From Malacoraja senta (Eukaryota), in the NCBI GenBank assembly GCA_038087875.1, contig JAXLNO010000461.1, positions 62,001 through 103,749 on the forward strand: a stretch of 41,749 bases of DNA, read 5' to 3'. A program made the position numbers and the translations under genes. Positions 1-14,697 of the stretch are shown one piece after another (within the stretch, counting starts at the first letter, position 1; each line of letters begins with the position of its first letter). A model generated the notes under the pieces. It did not search any database. It was given only the letters and a program-made list of their open reading frames with translations, and was not told where the DNA came from.

Positions 1-3000
1 TTTTCGTGTGCTGAAATTTCGGCGCTTTTCACATTCTGAAATTGCGTCACTTTTCATGTCCTGAATTTTGGTCGCTTTTCATGTCCTGAAGGTTCGTCAC
101 TTTTTGTGTGCTGAAACTTTGTCACTTTTCGTGTCCTGAAATTTTGTCGTTTCATGAGTCCTGAACTTTTGTCGCATTTCATATCCTGAATTTCAACGCG
201 TTTGGCGTTTTTAATTTTTGTCGCCTTTCGCGTGCTGAATTTTCGTCGTTATTCGCGTGCTGAAATTCAGTTGCATTTCACGTCCTGAACCGCCTTTCGC
301 ATCCTGAAGGTTCATCGCTTTTCACATCCTGAAGGTTCGTCGCTTTTTGTGTGCTGAATTTTTGTCACTTTTCACATGCTGAATTTTCGTCGCTTTTCCT
401 GTGCTGAAATTTTGTCACTTTATGCATCCTGAAATTTCATCGCTTTTCGCGTCCTGAATTTATGTCACTTTTGGCATTTTGAATTTTTGTCGCCTTTCGC
501 GTCCTGAATTTTCATGGTTTTCGCTTGCTGAATTTTCGTCGCTTTTCGCGTCCTGAAAGTTCGTCACTTTTCACCTACTGAATTTTCATCGCTTTTCGCA
601 GGTAGAATTTTCGTCACTTTTCGCGTGCTGAAATTTCGTCGCTTTTCGCGTGCTGAATTTTTGTCACTTTTCACATGCTGAATTTTCGTCGCTTTTTGTG
701 TGCGGAAACTTCAGCGCTTTTCATGTGCTGAAATTTCGTCGAATTTAAGTCGCTTTAGGCATTTTGAATTTTCATCACCTTTCGTCTCTTGATGGTTCGT
801 CACTTTTCGCGTGCTGCATTTTCGTCGCTCTTCACATCCTGAAATTTCGTCGCATTATGTGTCCTGAAATTTTGTCGCTTTTATTCCCCTGAATTTACGT
901 CACTTTTCGTGTGCTTCATTTTCGTTGCTTTTCGTGTGCTTCATTTTCATCACTTTTCGTGTCCTCATTACTTTTCGCATGCAGAATTTGTGTCGCTTTT
1001 CACGACCTGAATTTATGTCGCTTTTGGCATTTTGAATTTTCGTCGCCTTTCGCCTCCTGATGCTTCATTTTCATCACTTTTCGCGTCCTGGTTTGTCGCT
1101 TTTCGCATGCTGAATTTTTGTCACCTTTCGCGTGCTGAATTTTCGTTGCTTTAGTCGTCCTGAAATGTTGTCACTTTATGCGTCCTGGTTTCGTTGCTTT
1201 TCGCGTCCTAAAATTTCATCGCTTTTTCGTCCTGAAATTTCGTCCCTTTTTGCATCCTGAATTTTCGTCGCTTTTTGCGTGCTGAATTTTTGTCGCTTTT
1301 TGCGTGCTGAATTTTTGTCGCTTTTTGAATGTTGAATTTTCCTCGCTTTTCTCGTGCTGAAATTTTGTCACTTTTCCTGTGCTGAAATTTCATCACGTAT
1401 CGCGTGCTGAAATTTCGTCGCTTTATGCGTCCTGAAATTTGGTTGATTTTCTCGTCCTGAATTTTCGTCACTTGTCGTGTGCTGAATTTTCTTCACTTTC
1501 GCCTGCTGAACTTTCGTCACTTTTCGCTTGCTGAATCTTCATCGCTTTTTGCGTGCTGAAATTTCGGCGCTTTTCCTGTGCAGAAAGTTCGTTGATTTTC
1601 ATGTGCTGAAATTTCGTCGCTTTTCGCGTCCTGAATTTTCATCGCCTTTCTCATCCTGAAATTTCGTCACTTTATGCGTCCTGAAATTTCGTCGCTTTTT
1701 GCATCCTGAATTTACATTGCTTTTGGCGTTTTGTATTTTCATCTCTTTTCATGTGCTGAAATTTCGTCGCATTTCACGTCGTGAAATTTCATCGCTTTTA
1801 TGAGTCCTGCAGTTTCGTCGCTTTTCTCGTCCTGAAATTTTGTCGCTTTACGCATCCTAAAATTTCATCGCTTTATGCATCCTGAATTTACATTGCTTTT
1901 GGAGTTTTGAATTTCCGTCGCCTTTCACATCCTGAATTTTTGTCGCCTGTTGCGTCCTGAATTTTCGTCACTTTTCATGTGCTGAATTTTCGTTGCTTTC
2001 CTCGTGCTGAATTTTCGTCGTTTTTCGTGTCCTGAAGGTTTGTCTCTGATCGCCTGATGAATTTACATTGCTTTTCGCAGCCTGAAGGTTCCTCGCTTTA
2101 AGAGTGCTGAATTTTTGTCGCTTTTCGCATGCTGAATTTTCGTCGCTTTTCGTGTGCTGAAATTTTGTCGCTTAATGCGTCCTGTAATTTTGTCGCTTTT
2201 AGCGTCCTGAATTTATGTCACTTTTGGCGTTTTTTATTTTCCTTGCCTTTCGTGTCCTGAATTTTCGTCACTTTTCCAGTGCTGAAATTTCATCACGTAT
2301 CGTGTGCTGAAATTTCGTCGCTTTTCGCGTCCTGAAATTTTGTCGCATTTTGCATCGTAAAATTCCGTCGTTTTTCGTTTCCTGAATTTATGTTATTTTT
2401 TGTGTGCTGAATTTTCGTCGCTTGTCACGTGCTGAATTTTCGTCATCTTTCATGTGCTAAAATGTTGTCGCTTTTCATGTCCTGAAATTTTGTCGCTTCA
2501 TGTGTCCTGAACTTTTGTCGCTTTTCGCAAACTGAATTTACGTCACTTTTGTCGTATTGAATTTTTGTCGCCTTTCGCATCCTGAATTTTCATCACTTTA
2601 CATGTGCTGAAATTTCGTTGATTATTGCGTCCTGAAGTTTTGTCACATTTAGCGTCCTGAATTTTAGTTGCTTTTCACATGCTGAATTTTCGTCACTTTT
2701 CATGTGCTGAAATTTCGTCGCTTTTTGCGTCCTGAATTTTTGTTGCTTTTCTCGTCCTGAAATTTCGCCGCTTTTCGCATCCTGAATTTATGTCGCTTTT
2801 GGCCTTATTAATTTCTTGCGCCTCTTGCGTCCTGAATTTTCGTCACTTTTCATGTGCTGGATTTTCGTCGCTTTTCTTGTGCTGAATTTTTGTCACTTTT
2901 CGCGTCCTGAAGGTTTGTCGCTGATCTAGTGCTGAATTTTCGTCACTTTTCACATCCTGAAAATTTCATCGCTTTATGAGCCCTGCAGTTTCGTTGCTTT

Positions 3001-6000
3001 TCTCCTCCTGAAATGTTGTCGCTTTACGCATCCTAAAATTTCATCGCTTTTTGCATCCTGAATTTACATTGCTTTTGCCGTCCTGAATTTTTGTCGCTTT
3101 TTGCGTGCTGAATTTTCGTCGGTTTATGCATGCTGAATATTCATCACTTTTTTCGTGCTGAAATTTCGTCACTTCTTGCGTCCTGAATTTATGTTGCTTT
3201 TGGCGTATAAAATTTTTGTCGCCTCTTGTGTCCTGAATTTTTGTCACTTTTCATGTGCTGAATTTTCGTTGCTTTCCTCGTGCTGAATTTTCGTCGTTTT
3301 TCGTGTCCTGAATGTTTGTCTCTGATTGCCTGATGAATTTGCGTTGCTTTTCGCATCCTGAAGGTTCCTCACTTTAAGAGTGCTGAATTTTTGTCGCTTT
3401 TCGCATGCTGAATTTTCATCGCTTTTTGTGTGCTGAAATTTTGTCACTTAATGCGTCCTGTAATTTTGTCGCTTTTAGCGTCCTGAATTTATGTTACTTT
3501 TGGCTTTTTTTATTTTCCTTGCATTTCGTGTCCTGAATTTTCGTCGCTTGTCATGTGCTGAATTTTCGTCACCTTTCATGTGCTAAAATTTTGTCGCTTT
3601 TCATGTCCTGAAATGTTGTCGCTTCATGTGAAATTTTGTCGCTTATCGCAACCTGAATTTACGTCACTTTTGACGTTTTGAATTTTTGTCGCCTTTCGCA
3701 TCCTGAATTTTCATCACTTTACGTGTGCTGAAATTTCATTGATTATTGCGTCCTGGTTTTGTCACATTTAGCGTCCTGAATTTTGGTTGCTTTTCACATG
3801 CTGAATTTTCGTCACTTTTCATGTGCTGAAATTTCGTCGCTTTTTGCATCCTGAATTTTTGTCGCTTTTCTCTTCCTGAAATTTCGCCGCTTTTCACATC
3901 CTGAATTTATGTCGAATTAAGCATTTTTAATTTTTTGCACCTCTTGCGTCCTGAATTTTCGTCACTTTTTATGTGGTGGATTTTCGTCGCTTTTCTTGTG
4001 CAGAATTGTTGTCACTTTTCGCGTCCTGAAGGTTTGTCGCTGATCGCGTGCTGAATTTCCGTTGCTTTTCGCATTCTGAAATTTCGTCGCTTTATGCGTC
4101 CTGTAATTTCGTCGCTTTTTGCGTCCTGAATTTACGTCGCTTTAGGCTTTTTGAATTTTCATTGCCTTTCTCATCCTGAATTTTCATCACTTTTCACGTG
4201 CTAAATTTTAATCGCTTTTTGCATGCTGGATTTTCCTTGCTTTTCGCGTGCTGCAATTTCGTCACTTTTCCTGCGCTGAAATTTCATCGCGTATCGCGTG
4301 CTGAAATTTCATTGCTTTATGCGTCCTGCAATTTCGTCGCTTTTCTCATCCTGAATTTACGTCGCTTTTGTTGTTTTGAATTTTCGCCGCTTTTCGCGTC
4401 CTAAATTTTTCTCCAATTTAGTATCCTGAAATTTCGTACCTTCTCGAATCCTGAATTTTCGTACTTCCGCAACCTGAATTTTCGTCCCTTTCTGTATCAT
4501 AGATGTTTGTCCCGTTTCACGTCCTGAATTTTCATAACTTTTCGCGTCCTGAATTTTCGTACCTTTCAGCATCCTGAATTTTCGTCCCTTTCTGCGTCCT
4601 AAATGTTTGTCGCATTACATGTCCTCAATTTTCGTAACTTTTCGCCTCCTGAATTTTCATTGCTTTTTGCATCCTGAAATTTAGTCGCCTTTCTCGTCCT
4701 GAATTTACGTCACTTTTGGTGCTGTGGAATTTTCGTCTCCTTTCGCGTCCTGAAGGTTTGTCGCTGATCGCGTGCTGAATTTTTGTCGCTTTTCTCGTGC
4801 TGAATTTTCGTGGCTTTCCGTGTGCTGAAATTTCATCGCTTTTTGCCTCCTGAAATTTACGTCGCTTTAGGCTTTTTGAATTTTCATTGCCTTTCTCATC
4901 CTGAATTTTCATCACTTTTCACGTGCTAAATTTTAATCGCTTTTTGCATGCTGGATTTTCCTTGCTTTTCGCGTGCTGCAATTTCGTCACTTTTCCTGTG
5001 CTGAAATTTCATCGCGTATTGCGTGCTGAAATTTCATCGCTTTATGCGTCCTGCAATTTCGTCGCTTTTCTCATCCTGAATTTACGTCGCTTTTGTTGTT
5101 TTGAATTTTCGCCGCTTTTCGCGTCCTAAATTTTTCTCCAATTTAGTATCCTGAAATTTCGTACCTTCTCGAATCCTGAATTTTCGTACTTCTGCAACCT
5201 GAATTTTCGTCCCTTTCTGTATCATAAATGTTTGTCCCGTTTCACGTCCTGAATTTTCATAACTTTTCGCGTCCTGAATTTTCGTACCTTTCAGCATCCT
5301 GAATTTTCGTCCCTTTCTGCGTCCTAAATGTTTGTCGCATTACATGTCCTCAATTTTCGTAACTTTTCGCCTCCTGAATTTTCATTGCTTTTTGCATCCT
5401 GAAATTTAGTCGCCTTTCTCGTCCTGAATTTACGTCACTTTTGGTGCTGTGGAATTTTCGTCTCCTTTCGCGTCCTGAAGGTTTGTCGCTGATCGCGTGC
5501 TGAATTTTTGTCGCTTTTCTCGTGCTGAATTTTCGTGGCTTTCCGTGTGCTGAAATTTCATCGCTTTTTGCCTCCTGAAATTTACGTCGCTTTAGGCTTT
5601 TTGAATTTTCATTGCCTTTCTCATCCTGAATTTTCATCACTTTTCACGTGCTAAATTTTAATCGCTTTTTGCATGCTGGATTTTCCTTGCTTTTCGCGTG
5701 CTGCAATTTCGTCACTTTTCCTGTGCTGAAATTTCATCGCGTATTGCGTGCTGAAATTTCATCGCTTTATGCGTCCTGCAATTTCGTCGCTTTTCTCATC
5801 CTGAATTTACGTCGCTTTTGTTGTTTTGAATTTTCGCCGCTTTTCGCGTCCTAAATTTTTCTCCAATTTAGTATCCTGAAATTTCGTACCTTCTCGAATC
5901 CTGAATTTTCGTACTTCTGCAACCTGAATTTTCGTCCCTTTCTGTATCATAAATGTTTGTCCCGTTTCACGTCCTGAATTTTCATAACTTTTCACGTCCT

Positions 6001-9000
6001 GAATTTTCGTACCTTTCAGCATCCTGAATTTTCGTCCCTTTCTGCGTCCTAAATGTTTGTCGCATTACATGTCCTCAATTTTCGTAACTTTTCGCCTCCT
6101 GAATTTTCATCGCTTTTTGCATCGTGAAATTTAGTCGCCTTTCTCGTCCTGAATTTACGTCACTTTTGGTGCTGTGGAATTTTCATCTCCTTTCGCGTTC
6201 TGAAGGCTTGTCGCTGATCGCGTGCTGAATTTTTGTCGCTTTTCTCGTGCTGAATTTTCGTGGCTTTCCGTGTGCTGAAATTTCATCGCTTTTTGCCTCC
6301 TGAAATTTACGTCGCTTTAGGCTTTTTGAATTTTCATTGCGTTTCTCATCCTGAATTTTCATCACTTTTCACGTGCTAAATTTTAATCACTTTTTGCATG
6401 CTGAATTTTCGTCACCTTTTGTGTGCTGAATTTTCGTCGCTTTTCATGTGCTGAAATTCCGTCGGTTTTCACGTCCTGAAATTTAGTTGCATTTCTCATC
6501 CTGAATTTTTGTAGCATTTCACGTCCTGAATTTTCGTCACTTTTAGCGTCCTTAATTTTTGTCGCTTTTCGCATCCTGAAAGCTCGTCGCTTTTCATGAT
6601 CTGAATTTTCGTCTCGTTTCCTGTGCTGAAATTTCGTCGCTTTATGCCTCCTGAAATTTCATCGCTTTTCCCATCCTGAATTTACGTCGCTTTTGGCATT
6701 TTGAATTTTTGTCGCCTTTCGCTGTCCTCAATTTTTGTCACTTTTCGTGTGCTGAATTTTTGTCGCTTTTCACGTCCTGAAATTTCGTCGCTTTATGCGT
6801 CCTGAAGTTTTGTCGCTTTTCGCGTCCTTTAATTTCATCGATTTATGCGTCCTGAAATTTCGTCGCTTTTTGCATCCTGAATTTACATTGCTTTTGGCGT
6901 TTTGAATTTTTTTAGCCATTCGCGTCCTGAATTTTATTCACTTTTTGCGTGTTGAATTTTCGTCGCTTTTTGCATGCTGGATTTTCCTTGCTTTTCGCGT
7001 GCTGCAATTTCGTCACTTTTCCTGCGCTGAAATTTCATCACGTATCGCGTGCTGAAATTCCATCGCTTTATGCGTCCTGCAATTTCGTCGCTTTTGTTGT
7101 TTTGAATTTTCGCCGCTTTTCGCGTCCTAAATTTGTCTCCAATTTAGTATCCTGAATTTTCATAACTTTTCGCGTCCTGAATTTTCGTACCTTTCAGCAT
7201 CCTGAATTTTCGTCCCTTTCTGCGTCCTAAATGTTTGTCGCATTACATGTCCTCAATTTTCGCAACTTTTCGCCTCCTGAATTTTCATCGCTTTTTGCAT
7301 CCTGAAATTTAGTCGCCTTTCTCGTCCTGAATTTACGTCACTTTTGGTGCTGTGGAATTTTCGTCTCCTTTGGCGTGCTGAGTTTTTGTCGCATTTTGCA
7401 TGCTGAATTTTTGTCGCTTTTCTCGTGCTGAATTTTCGTGGCTTTCCGTGTGCTGAAATTTCATCGCTTTTTGCCTCCTGAAATTTCTGCGCATTTTGCG
7501 TCCTAAAATTTCATCGCTTTTTGCGTGCTGAATTTTCGTTCCGTTTTGCATGCTGAATTTTCGTTGCTTGTCTCATGCTTAATTTTTGTCATTCACATCC
7601 TGAAGATTAGTCGCTTTTTGCATGCTGAATTTTCATCGCTTTTCGCGTAGTGAATTTTCGTCGCTTTTCTCGTGCTGAAATTTAGTTGCTTTCTTCGTCC
7701 TGAAATTTCATTGCATTTCGCGTCATGAATTTTTGTCACATTTCACGTCCTGAATTTTTGTCACTTTTAGCGTCCTGAATTTTCATCGCTTTTTGCATCC
7801 TGAAGGTTCGTCGCTTTTTGTGTGCTGAATTTTCGTCGCTTTTCACATGCTGAATTTTCGTCGCTTTTCCTGTGCTTTTCGCATCCTGCAATTTCGTCAC
7901 TTTATGCATCCTGAAATGTCAGTGCTTTTCACGTCCTGAATTTGTCGCTTTTCTCGTTTTTAATTTTCGTCGCCTTTCGCGTCCTGAATTTTCGTCGTTT
8001 TTCACAGGCTGAATTTTCGTCGCTTTTCGTGTAGTGAATTTACGTCGCCTTTCGTGTGCTGAATTTTTATCGCATTAGGCGTGCTGAATTTATATCGCTT
8101 TAAACATGATGAATTTTCGTCGCTTTTCGCGTGCTTCATTTTCGTCGCTTTTTGCGTCCTGAATTTACGTCGCTTTAGGCTTTTTGAATTTTCATTGCCT
8201 TTCTCATCCTGAATTTTCATCACTTTTCATGTGCTAAATTTTAATCGCTTTTTGCATGCTGAATTTTCGTCGCCTTTTGTGTGCTGAATTTTCGTCGCTT
8301 TTCATGTGCTGAAATTTCGTCGGTTTTCACATCCTGAAATTTAGTTGCATTTCGCATCCTGAATTTTTGTTGCATTTCATGTCCTGAATTTTTGTCGCCT
8401 TTACCGTCCTGAATTATTGTCGCATTTTGCATCCTGAAAGTTCGTCGCTTTTCATGTGCTGAATTTTCGTCTCATTTCACATGCTAAATTTTCGTCACTT
8501 TTCCTGTGCTGAAACTTCATCGCATACCGTGTGCTGAAATTTCGTCGCATTATGCGTCCTCAAATTTAGTCGCTTTTATCGTCCTGAATTTACGTTGATT
8601 TTGGTGTTTATAATTTTCGTCGCCTTGTCTGTGTCCTAAAATTCCATCGCTTTTCGCCTCCTAAAATTTCATAGCATTTTGCGTCCTAAAATTTCGTCAC
8701 TTTTTGCGTGCTGAATTTTCGTCACTTTTTGCATGCTGAATTTTCGTCGCTTTTCGCATGCTGAATTTTCATCGCATTTCACGTCCTGAAGTTTCGTCGC
8801 TTTTCACATGCTGAGTTTTCATCGCTTTTCGCGTGGTGAATTCTTGTCGCTTTTCTTGTGCTGAAATTTTGTTGCTTTCCACGTCCTGAAATTTCATTGC
8901 ATTTCGCGTCCTGAATTTTTGTCGCATTTCACGTCCTGAATTTTCGTTGCTTTTAGCGTCCTGAATTTTGCACACTTTTTGCATCCTGAAGGTTCGTTGC

Positions 9001-12000
9001 GTTTCGTGTGCTGACTTTTCGTCACTTTTCAAATGCTGAACTTCCGTCGCTTTTCCTGTGCTGAAATTTAGTCGCTTATCGCGTCCTGCAATTTCGTCGC
9101 TTTATGCATCCTGAAATTTCGGCGCTTTTTGCGTCCTGAATTTGTCGCTTTTCATGTTTATTAATTTTCGTCGCCTTTCGTGTGCTGAAATTTCGTCGCT
9201 TTTCACGTCCAGAAATTTCATTGCTTTATGCGTCCTGAAGTTTCGCCGCATTTTGCGTCCTGAATTTATGTCGCTTTTGGCATTTTTAATTTTTTTCACC
9301 TATTGCATCCTCAATTTACGTCACTTTTCATGTGCTGGATTTCCGTCACTTTTCTTGTGCTGAATTTTTGTCCCTTTTCACGTCCTGAAGGTTTGTCGCT
9401 GAACACGTGCTGAATTTTCGTTGCTTTTCACATTCTGAAATTTCGTTGCTTTATGCGTCTTGCAATTTCGTCGCCTTTTTCATCCTGAATTTACGCCGCT
9501 TTAGGTTTTTTGAATTTTCGTCGCCTTTCGCATCCTGCATTTTCATCACTTTTCGTGTGCTGAATTTTCAGTGCTTTTCGTGTGCTGAAATTTCGTCGGT
9601 TTTCACGTCCTGAAATTTAGTTGCTTTTCGCATCCTGAATTTTTGTCGCATTTCACGTCCTGAATTTTCGTCGCTTTTAGTGGCCTAAATTCTTGTCGCT
9701 TTTCACATCCTGAAAGTTCATTGCTTTCATGTGCTGAATTTTCGTCTCTTTTCCTGCGCTGAAATTTCGTCACTTTATACCTAAAATTTCGTCACTTTTC
9801 TCGTCCTGAAATTACGTTGCTTTTGGCGTTTTTAATTTTCGTCGCCTTTCGCGTTCTGAATTTTTGTCACTTTACGTGTGCTGAATTTTCGTCGCATTTC
9901 ATGTGCTGAAATTTTGTTCCTTTTCACGTCCTGAAGTTTCGTCGCTTTATGTATCCTGAAGTTTCGTCGCTTTCCGCGTCCTGTAATTTCGTTGATTTAT
10001 GCGTCCAGAAATTTAGTCGCTTTTTGCATCCTGAATTTACATTGCTTTTGGCGTTTTGAATTTTCGTCGCCTTTCGCATCCTGAATTTTCGTCGCTTTTT
10101 GCGTGCTGAATTTTCCTCGCTTTCTGCATGCTGAATTTTCCTTGCTTTTCGCCTGCTGAAATTTCGTCACTTTCCTGTGCTGAAATTTCATTGTGTATTG
10201 CGTGCTGAAATTTCGTCACTTTATGCGTCCTGAAATTTCGTCCCTTTTCTCGTCTTGAATTTATGTCGCTTTAGCCGTTTTGAATTTTCTCCGCTTTTCG
10301 CGTCGTGATATTTCCCCCCATTTCAAAGGCTGAATTTTCGTCGCTTTTTGCGTCCAAAATGTTTCTACGTTTTAGCATCCCGAATTTTCGTACCTTTTCG
10401 AAACCAGAACTTTCGTACCTTTCCGTATCCTGAATTTTCGTCCCTTTCTGCATCCTAAATGTTTGTCGCGTTTCACGTCCTGAATGTTCATAACTTTTCG
10501 CGTGCTGAATTTTCGTCACTTTTCGCATGCTGAATTTTCTTCGATTTTCGTGTGCTGAAATTTCGTCGCTTTTCACGTTCTGAAATTTCGTCGCTTTATT
10601 CTTCCTGTAATTTCATAGCTTTTCATGTCCTGAAATTACGTTGCTTTGGCGTTTTAAATTTTCGTCGCCTTTCACGTCCTGAATTTTGGTCGCATTTCGC
10701 TTGCTCAATTTTCGTCACTTTTCGCGTGCTGAATTTTCGTTGCTTTTCGTGTGATGAAATTTTGTCCCTTTTCACATCCTGAATTTCCGTTGCTTTTCGC
10801 GTCCTGAATTTATGTCGCTTTTCGCATTTTGAATTTTCATCACCTTTTGCGTCCTGAATTTTCGTCACTTTTCATATGCTGAATTTTCGTCACTTTTCGC
10901 GTGCTGAATTTTCGTCACTTTTCATATGCTGAATTTTCGTCACTTTTCGCGTGCTGAATTTTCGTCTCCTTTCGCGTCCTGAATTTTTGTCGCATTTCGC
11001 GTGCTGAATTTTCGTCACTTTTCGCGTGCTGAATTTTCAGGGCTTTTCTCATGCTGAATTTTTGTGGCTTTCCGTGTGCTGAAATTTCATAGCTTTTCGC
11101 CTCCTGATATTTCATCGCAATTTGCGTCCTCAAATTTCGTCGCTTTTTGCATGCTGAATTTTCGTTGCTTTTCGCGTCCTGAAGGTTCGGTCATTTTCAT
11201 GTGCTAAAATTTCATCGGTTTTCACATTCTGAAATTTAGTAGCATTTTGCATTCTGAATTTTTGTCGCTTTTCGCATCCTGGACGTTCATCGCTTTTCGT
11301 GTACTGAATCTTCTTCTCTTTTCACATGCTGAATTTTCGTCGCGTATCGCATGCTGAAATTTCGTCGCTTTATGCGTCCTGAAATTTAGTCGCTTTTCTC
11401 GTCCTGAATTTTTTGGTATTTTGAATTTTCGTCGCCTTTCGCATCCTGAATTTTGGTCGCATTTCGCTTGCTCAATTTTCGTCACTTTTCGCGTGCTGAA
11501 TTTTCGTTGCTTTTCGTGTGATGAAATTTTGTCCCTTTTCACATCCTGAATTTCCGTTGCTTTTCGCGTCCTGAATTTATGTCGCTTTTCGCATTTTGAA
11601 TTTTCATCACCTTTTGCGTCCTGAATTTTCGTCACTTTTCATATGCTGAATTTTCGTCACTTTTCGCGTGCTGAATTTTCGTCACTTTTCATATGCTGAA
11701 TTTTCGTCACTTTTCGCGTGCTGAATTTTCGTCTCCTTTCGCGTCCTGAATTTTTGTCGCATTTCGCGTGCTGAATTTTCGTCACTTTTCGCGTGCTGAA
11801 TTTTCAGGGCTTTTCTCATGCTGAATTTTTGTGGCTTTCCGTGTGCTGAAATTTCATAGCTTTTCGCCTCCTGATATTTCATCGCAATTTGCGTCCTCAA
11901 ATTTCGTCGCTTTTTGCATGCTGAATTTTCGTTGCTTTTCGCGTCCTGAAGGTTCGGTCATTTTCATGTGCTGAAATTTCATCGGTTTTCACATTCTGAA

Positions 12001-14692
12001 ATTTAGTAGCATTTTGCATTCTGAATTTTTGTCGCTTTTCGCATCCTGGACGTTCATCGCTTTTCGTGTACTGAATCTTCTTCTCTTTTCACATGCTGAA
12101 TTTTCGTCGCGTATCGCATGCTGAAATTTCGTCGCTTTATGCGTCCTGAAATTTAGTCGCTTTTCTCGTCCTGAATTTACGCCGCTTTTGGTATTTTGAA
12201 TTTTCGTCGCCTTTCGCATCCTGAATTTTTGTCGCATTTCACATGCTAAATTTTCATCGCTTTTGACGTGCTGAATTTTCGTCACTTTTAGCATGCTGAA
12301 TTCTCGTGGCTTTCTATGTGCTGAAATTTCATGGCTTTTCGCCTCTTGAAATTTCATCGCATCTTGCGTCCAAAAATATCGTCGCTTTTTGCGTGCTGAA
12401 TTTTCGTCTCATTTTGCATGCTGAATTTTCGTCGCTTTTCGCATGCTGAATTTTCGTCGCATTTCATGTCCTGATGTTTCGTCACTTTTCGCATGCTGAA
12501 TTTTCATCGCTTTTCGCGTGTTGAATTTTCGTTGCTTTTCTTGTGCTGAAATTTCGTTGCTTTCCACATCATGAAGTTTTATTGCATTTCGCGTCCTGAA
12601 TTTTTGTCGCATTTCACGTCCTGAATTTTCGTCACTTTTAGCGTCCTGAATTTTCATCACTTTTAACGTCCTGAAGGTTCGTCGCTTTTCGTGTGCTGAA
12701 TATTCGTCGCTTTTCACATGCTGAATTTTGGTCGCTTTTCCTGTGCTGAAATGTCATCGCTTTAAACATGATGATTTTCATCACTTTTCGCATGCTTCAT
12801 TTTCATTGCTTTTTGCGTCATGAAGGTTCGGTCATTTTCCTGTGCTGAAATTTTGTCGCTTTATGCATCCTGAAATTTCGGTGTTTTTTGTGTGCTGAAT
12901 TTTCGTTGCATTTCACGTCCTGAAGTTTCGTCGCTTTTCGCGTGGTGAATTTTCGTCGCTTTTCTTGTGCTGAAATTTCGTTGCTTTCCATGACCTGAAA
13001 TTTCGTTGCATTTCGCTTCCTGAATTTTCGTCGCTTTTAGCGTCCTGAATTTTTGTCGCATTTCACGTCCTGAATTTTCGTCGCTTTTAGCACCCTGAAT
13101 CTTCATCACATTTTGCATGCTAAATTTTCGTCACTTTTTGCATGCTGAATTTTCGTCGCTTTTTGCATGCTGAATTTTCATTGCATTTTGCATGCTGAAT
13201 TTTCATCGCTTTTCGCATGGTGAAATTTCATCGTTTTTCGCAGGCTGAATTTTTGTCGCCTTTCGTGTGCTGAAATGTCACCGCTTTTCACGTCCTGAAA
13301 TTTCGCGCTTTATGTGTCCTTTTATGTGTCCTTTCGTCGCTTTTCGCGTCCTGAATTTACGTCGCCTTTCGTGTGCTCAATTTTTGTTGCTTTATTCGTG
13401 CTGCATTATCATCGCTTTAAACATGATGAATTTTCGTCGCTTTTAGCGTGCTTCATTTTCAACGCTTTTCGCATCCTGGTTCGATCATTTTCATGTGCTG
13501 AAATTTCGTTAGCTTTCACATCCTGAAATTCAGTAGCATTTCGCGTCCTGAATTTGTGTCGCATTTAACGACCTGAATTTTCGTCGCTTAGCGTCCTGAA
13601 TTTTTGTCGCTTTTCGCATCCTGAAAGTTCGTCGCTTTTCATGTGCTGAATTTCCGTCTCTTTGCACATGCTGAATTTTCGTCACTATTCGTTTGCTGAA
13701 ATTTCGTCGCGTTTTGCATGCTGAAATTTCGTCGCTTTATGCGTCCTGAAATTTTGGCGCTTTTCTCTTCCTGAATTTATGTCGCTTTTGGTGTTTCGAA
13801 TTTTCGTCGCCTTTCGCGTCCTGAATTTTTGTCGCATTTTGCGTGCTGAATTTTCGTTGCTTTTGCGTGCTGAATTTTCGTTTCTTTTCGAGTGCTGAAT
13901 TTTCGTGGCTTTATGCATCCTGAAATTTTGGCGCTTTTCGCGTGGTGAATTTTTATCGCTTTTCTCATGCTGAAATTTCGTTGCTTTGCATGTCCTGAAA
14001 TTTAGTTGCATTTTGCGTCCTGAATTTTTGTCGCATTTCACATCCTGAATTTTCATCACTTTTAGCATCCTGGATTTTCATCACTTTTTGCATCCTGAAG
14101 GTTCGTCGTTTTTCGCGTGTTGAAATTTCGTCACTATTCCTGTGCTGAAATTTCATCGTTTTTCACAGGCTGCAATTTCGTCGCCTTTCGCGTCCTGAAA
14201 TTTCATCGCTTTATGCGTCCTGATGTTTTGTCGCTTTTCGCGTCCTGAATTTACGTCGCCTTTCGTGTGCTGAATTTTTGTCGCTTTACAAGTGCTGAAT
14301 TTTCGTCGCTTTAATCATGATGAATTTTCATTGCTTTTCGCATGCTTCATTTATATCGCTTTTCACGTGCTTCATTTACATCACTTTTCCTGTGCTGAAA
14401 TTTCGTCGCTTATCGCGTGCTGAAATTTCGTCGCTTTATGCGTCCTGACGTTTTGTCGCTTTTCGCGTCCTGAAATTTTGTCGCATTTCACGTCCTGAAT
14501 TTTTGTCGCTTTTAGCTTCCTGAAATTTTGTCGCTTTTCGCATCCTGAAATTTCGTCACTTTTCATGTGCTGAATTTTCGTCTATTTTCACATGCTGCGT
14601 TTTTGTCACTTTTCCTGTGCTGAAATTTCGTCGCTTTATGCGTCCTGAAATTTAGTCGCTTTTCTCTTCCTGAGAAAAGGAATTTTCGTCGC
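1..14692. repeat. Satellite array, 25-bp monomer, consensus approx. GT(G/C)CTGAA(A/T)TTTCGTCGCTTTTCGC, with higher-order repeats
   Basis: CTGAA recurs every ~25 nt for 14.7 kb. The top strand is T-rich. Most variants are CpG>TpG/CpA changes. Marker TTTACGTCGCTTTAGGC falls at 4131, 4856, 5581 and 6306 (exact 725-bp spacing). The array runs off the left edge. Confidence 0.97.
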
Positions 14693-14697
14693 AAAGA

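Noticed and set aside
1208..14566. Dozens of short K/R-rich or F-rich ORFs
   Set aside because: They are translations of the 25-bp satellite: the same three peptide phases recur, with no domain content.
1..14692. CRISPR-like periodicity
   Set aside because: Monomers are head-to-tail with no unique spacers, there are no cas genes, and the context is vertebrate.
1..14692. CENP-B box (TTCG-containing monomer)
   Set aside because: The monomer has TTCG but lacks the required A and CGGG of TTCGNNNNANNCGGG.
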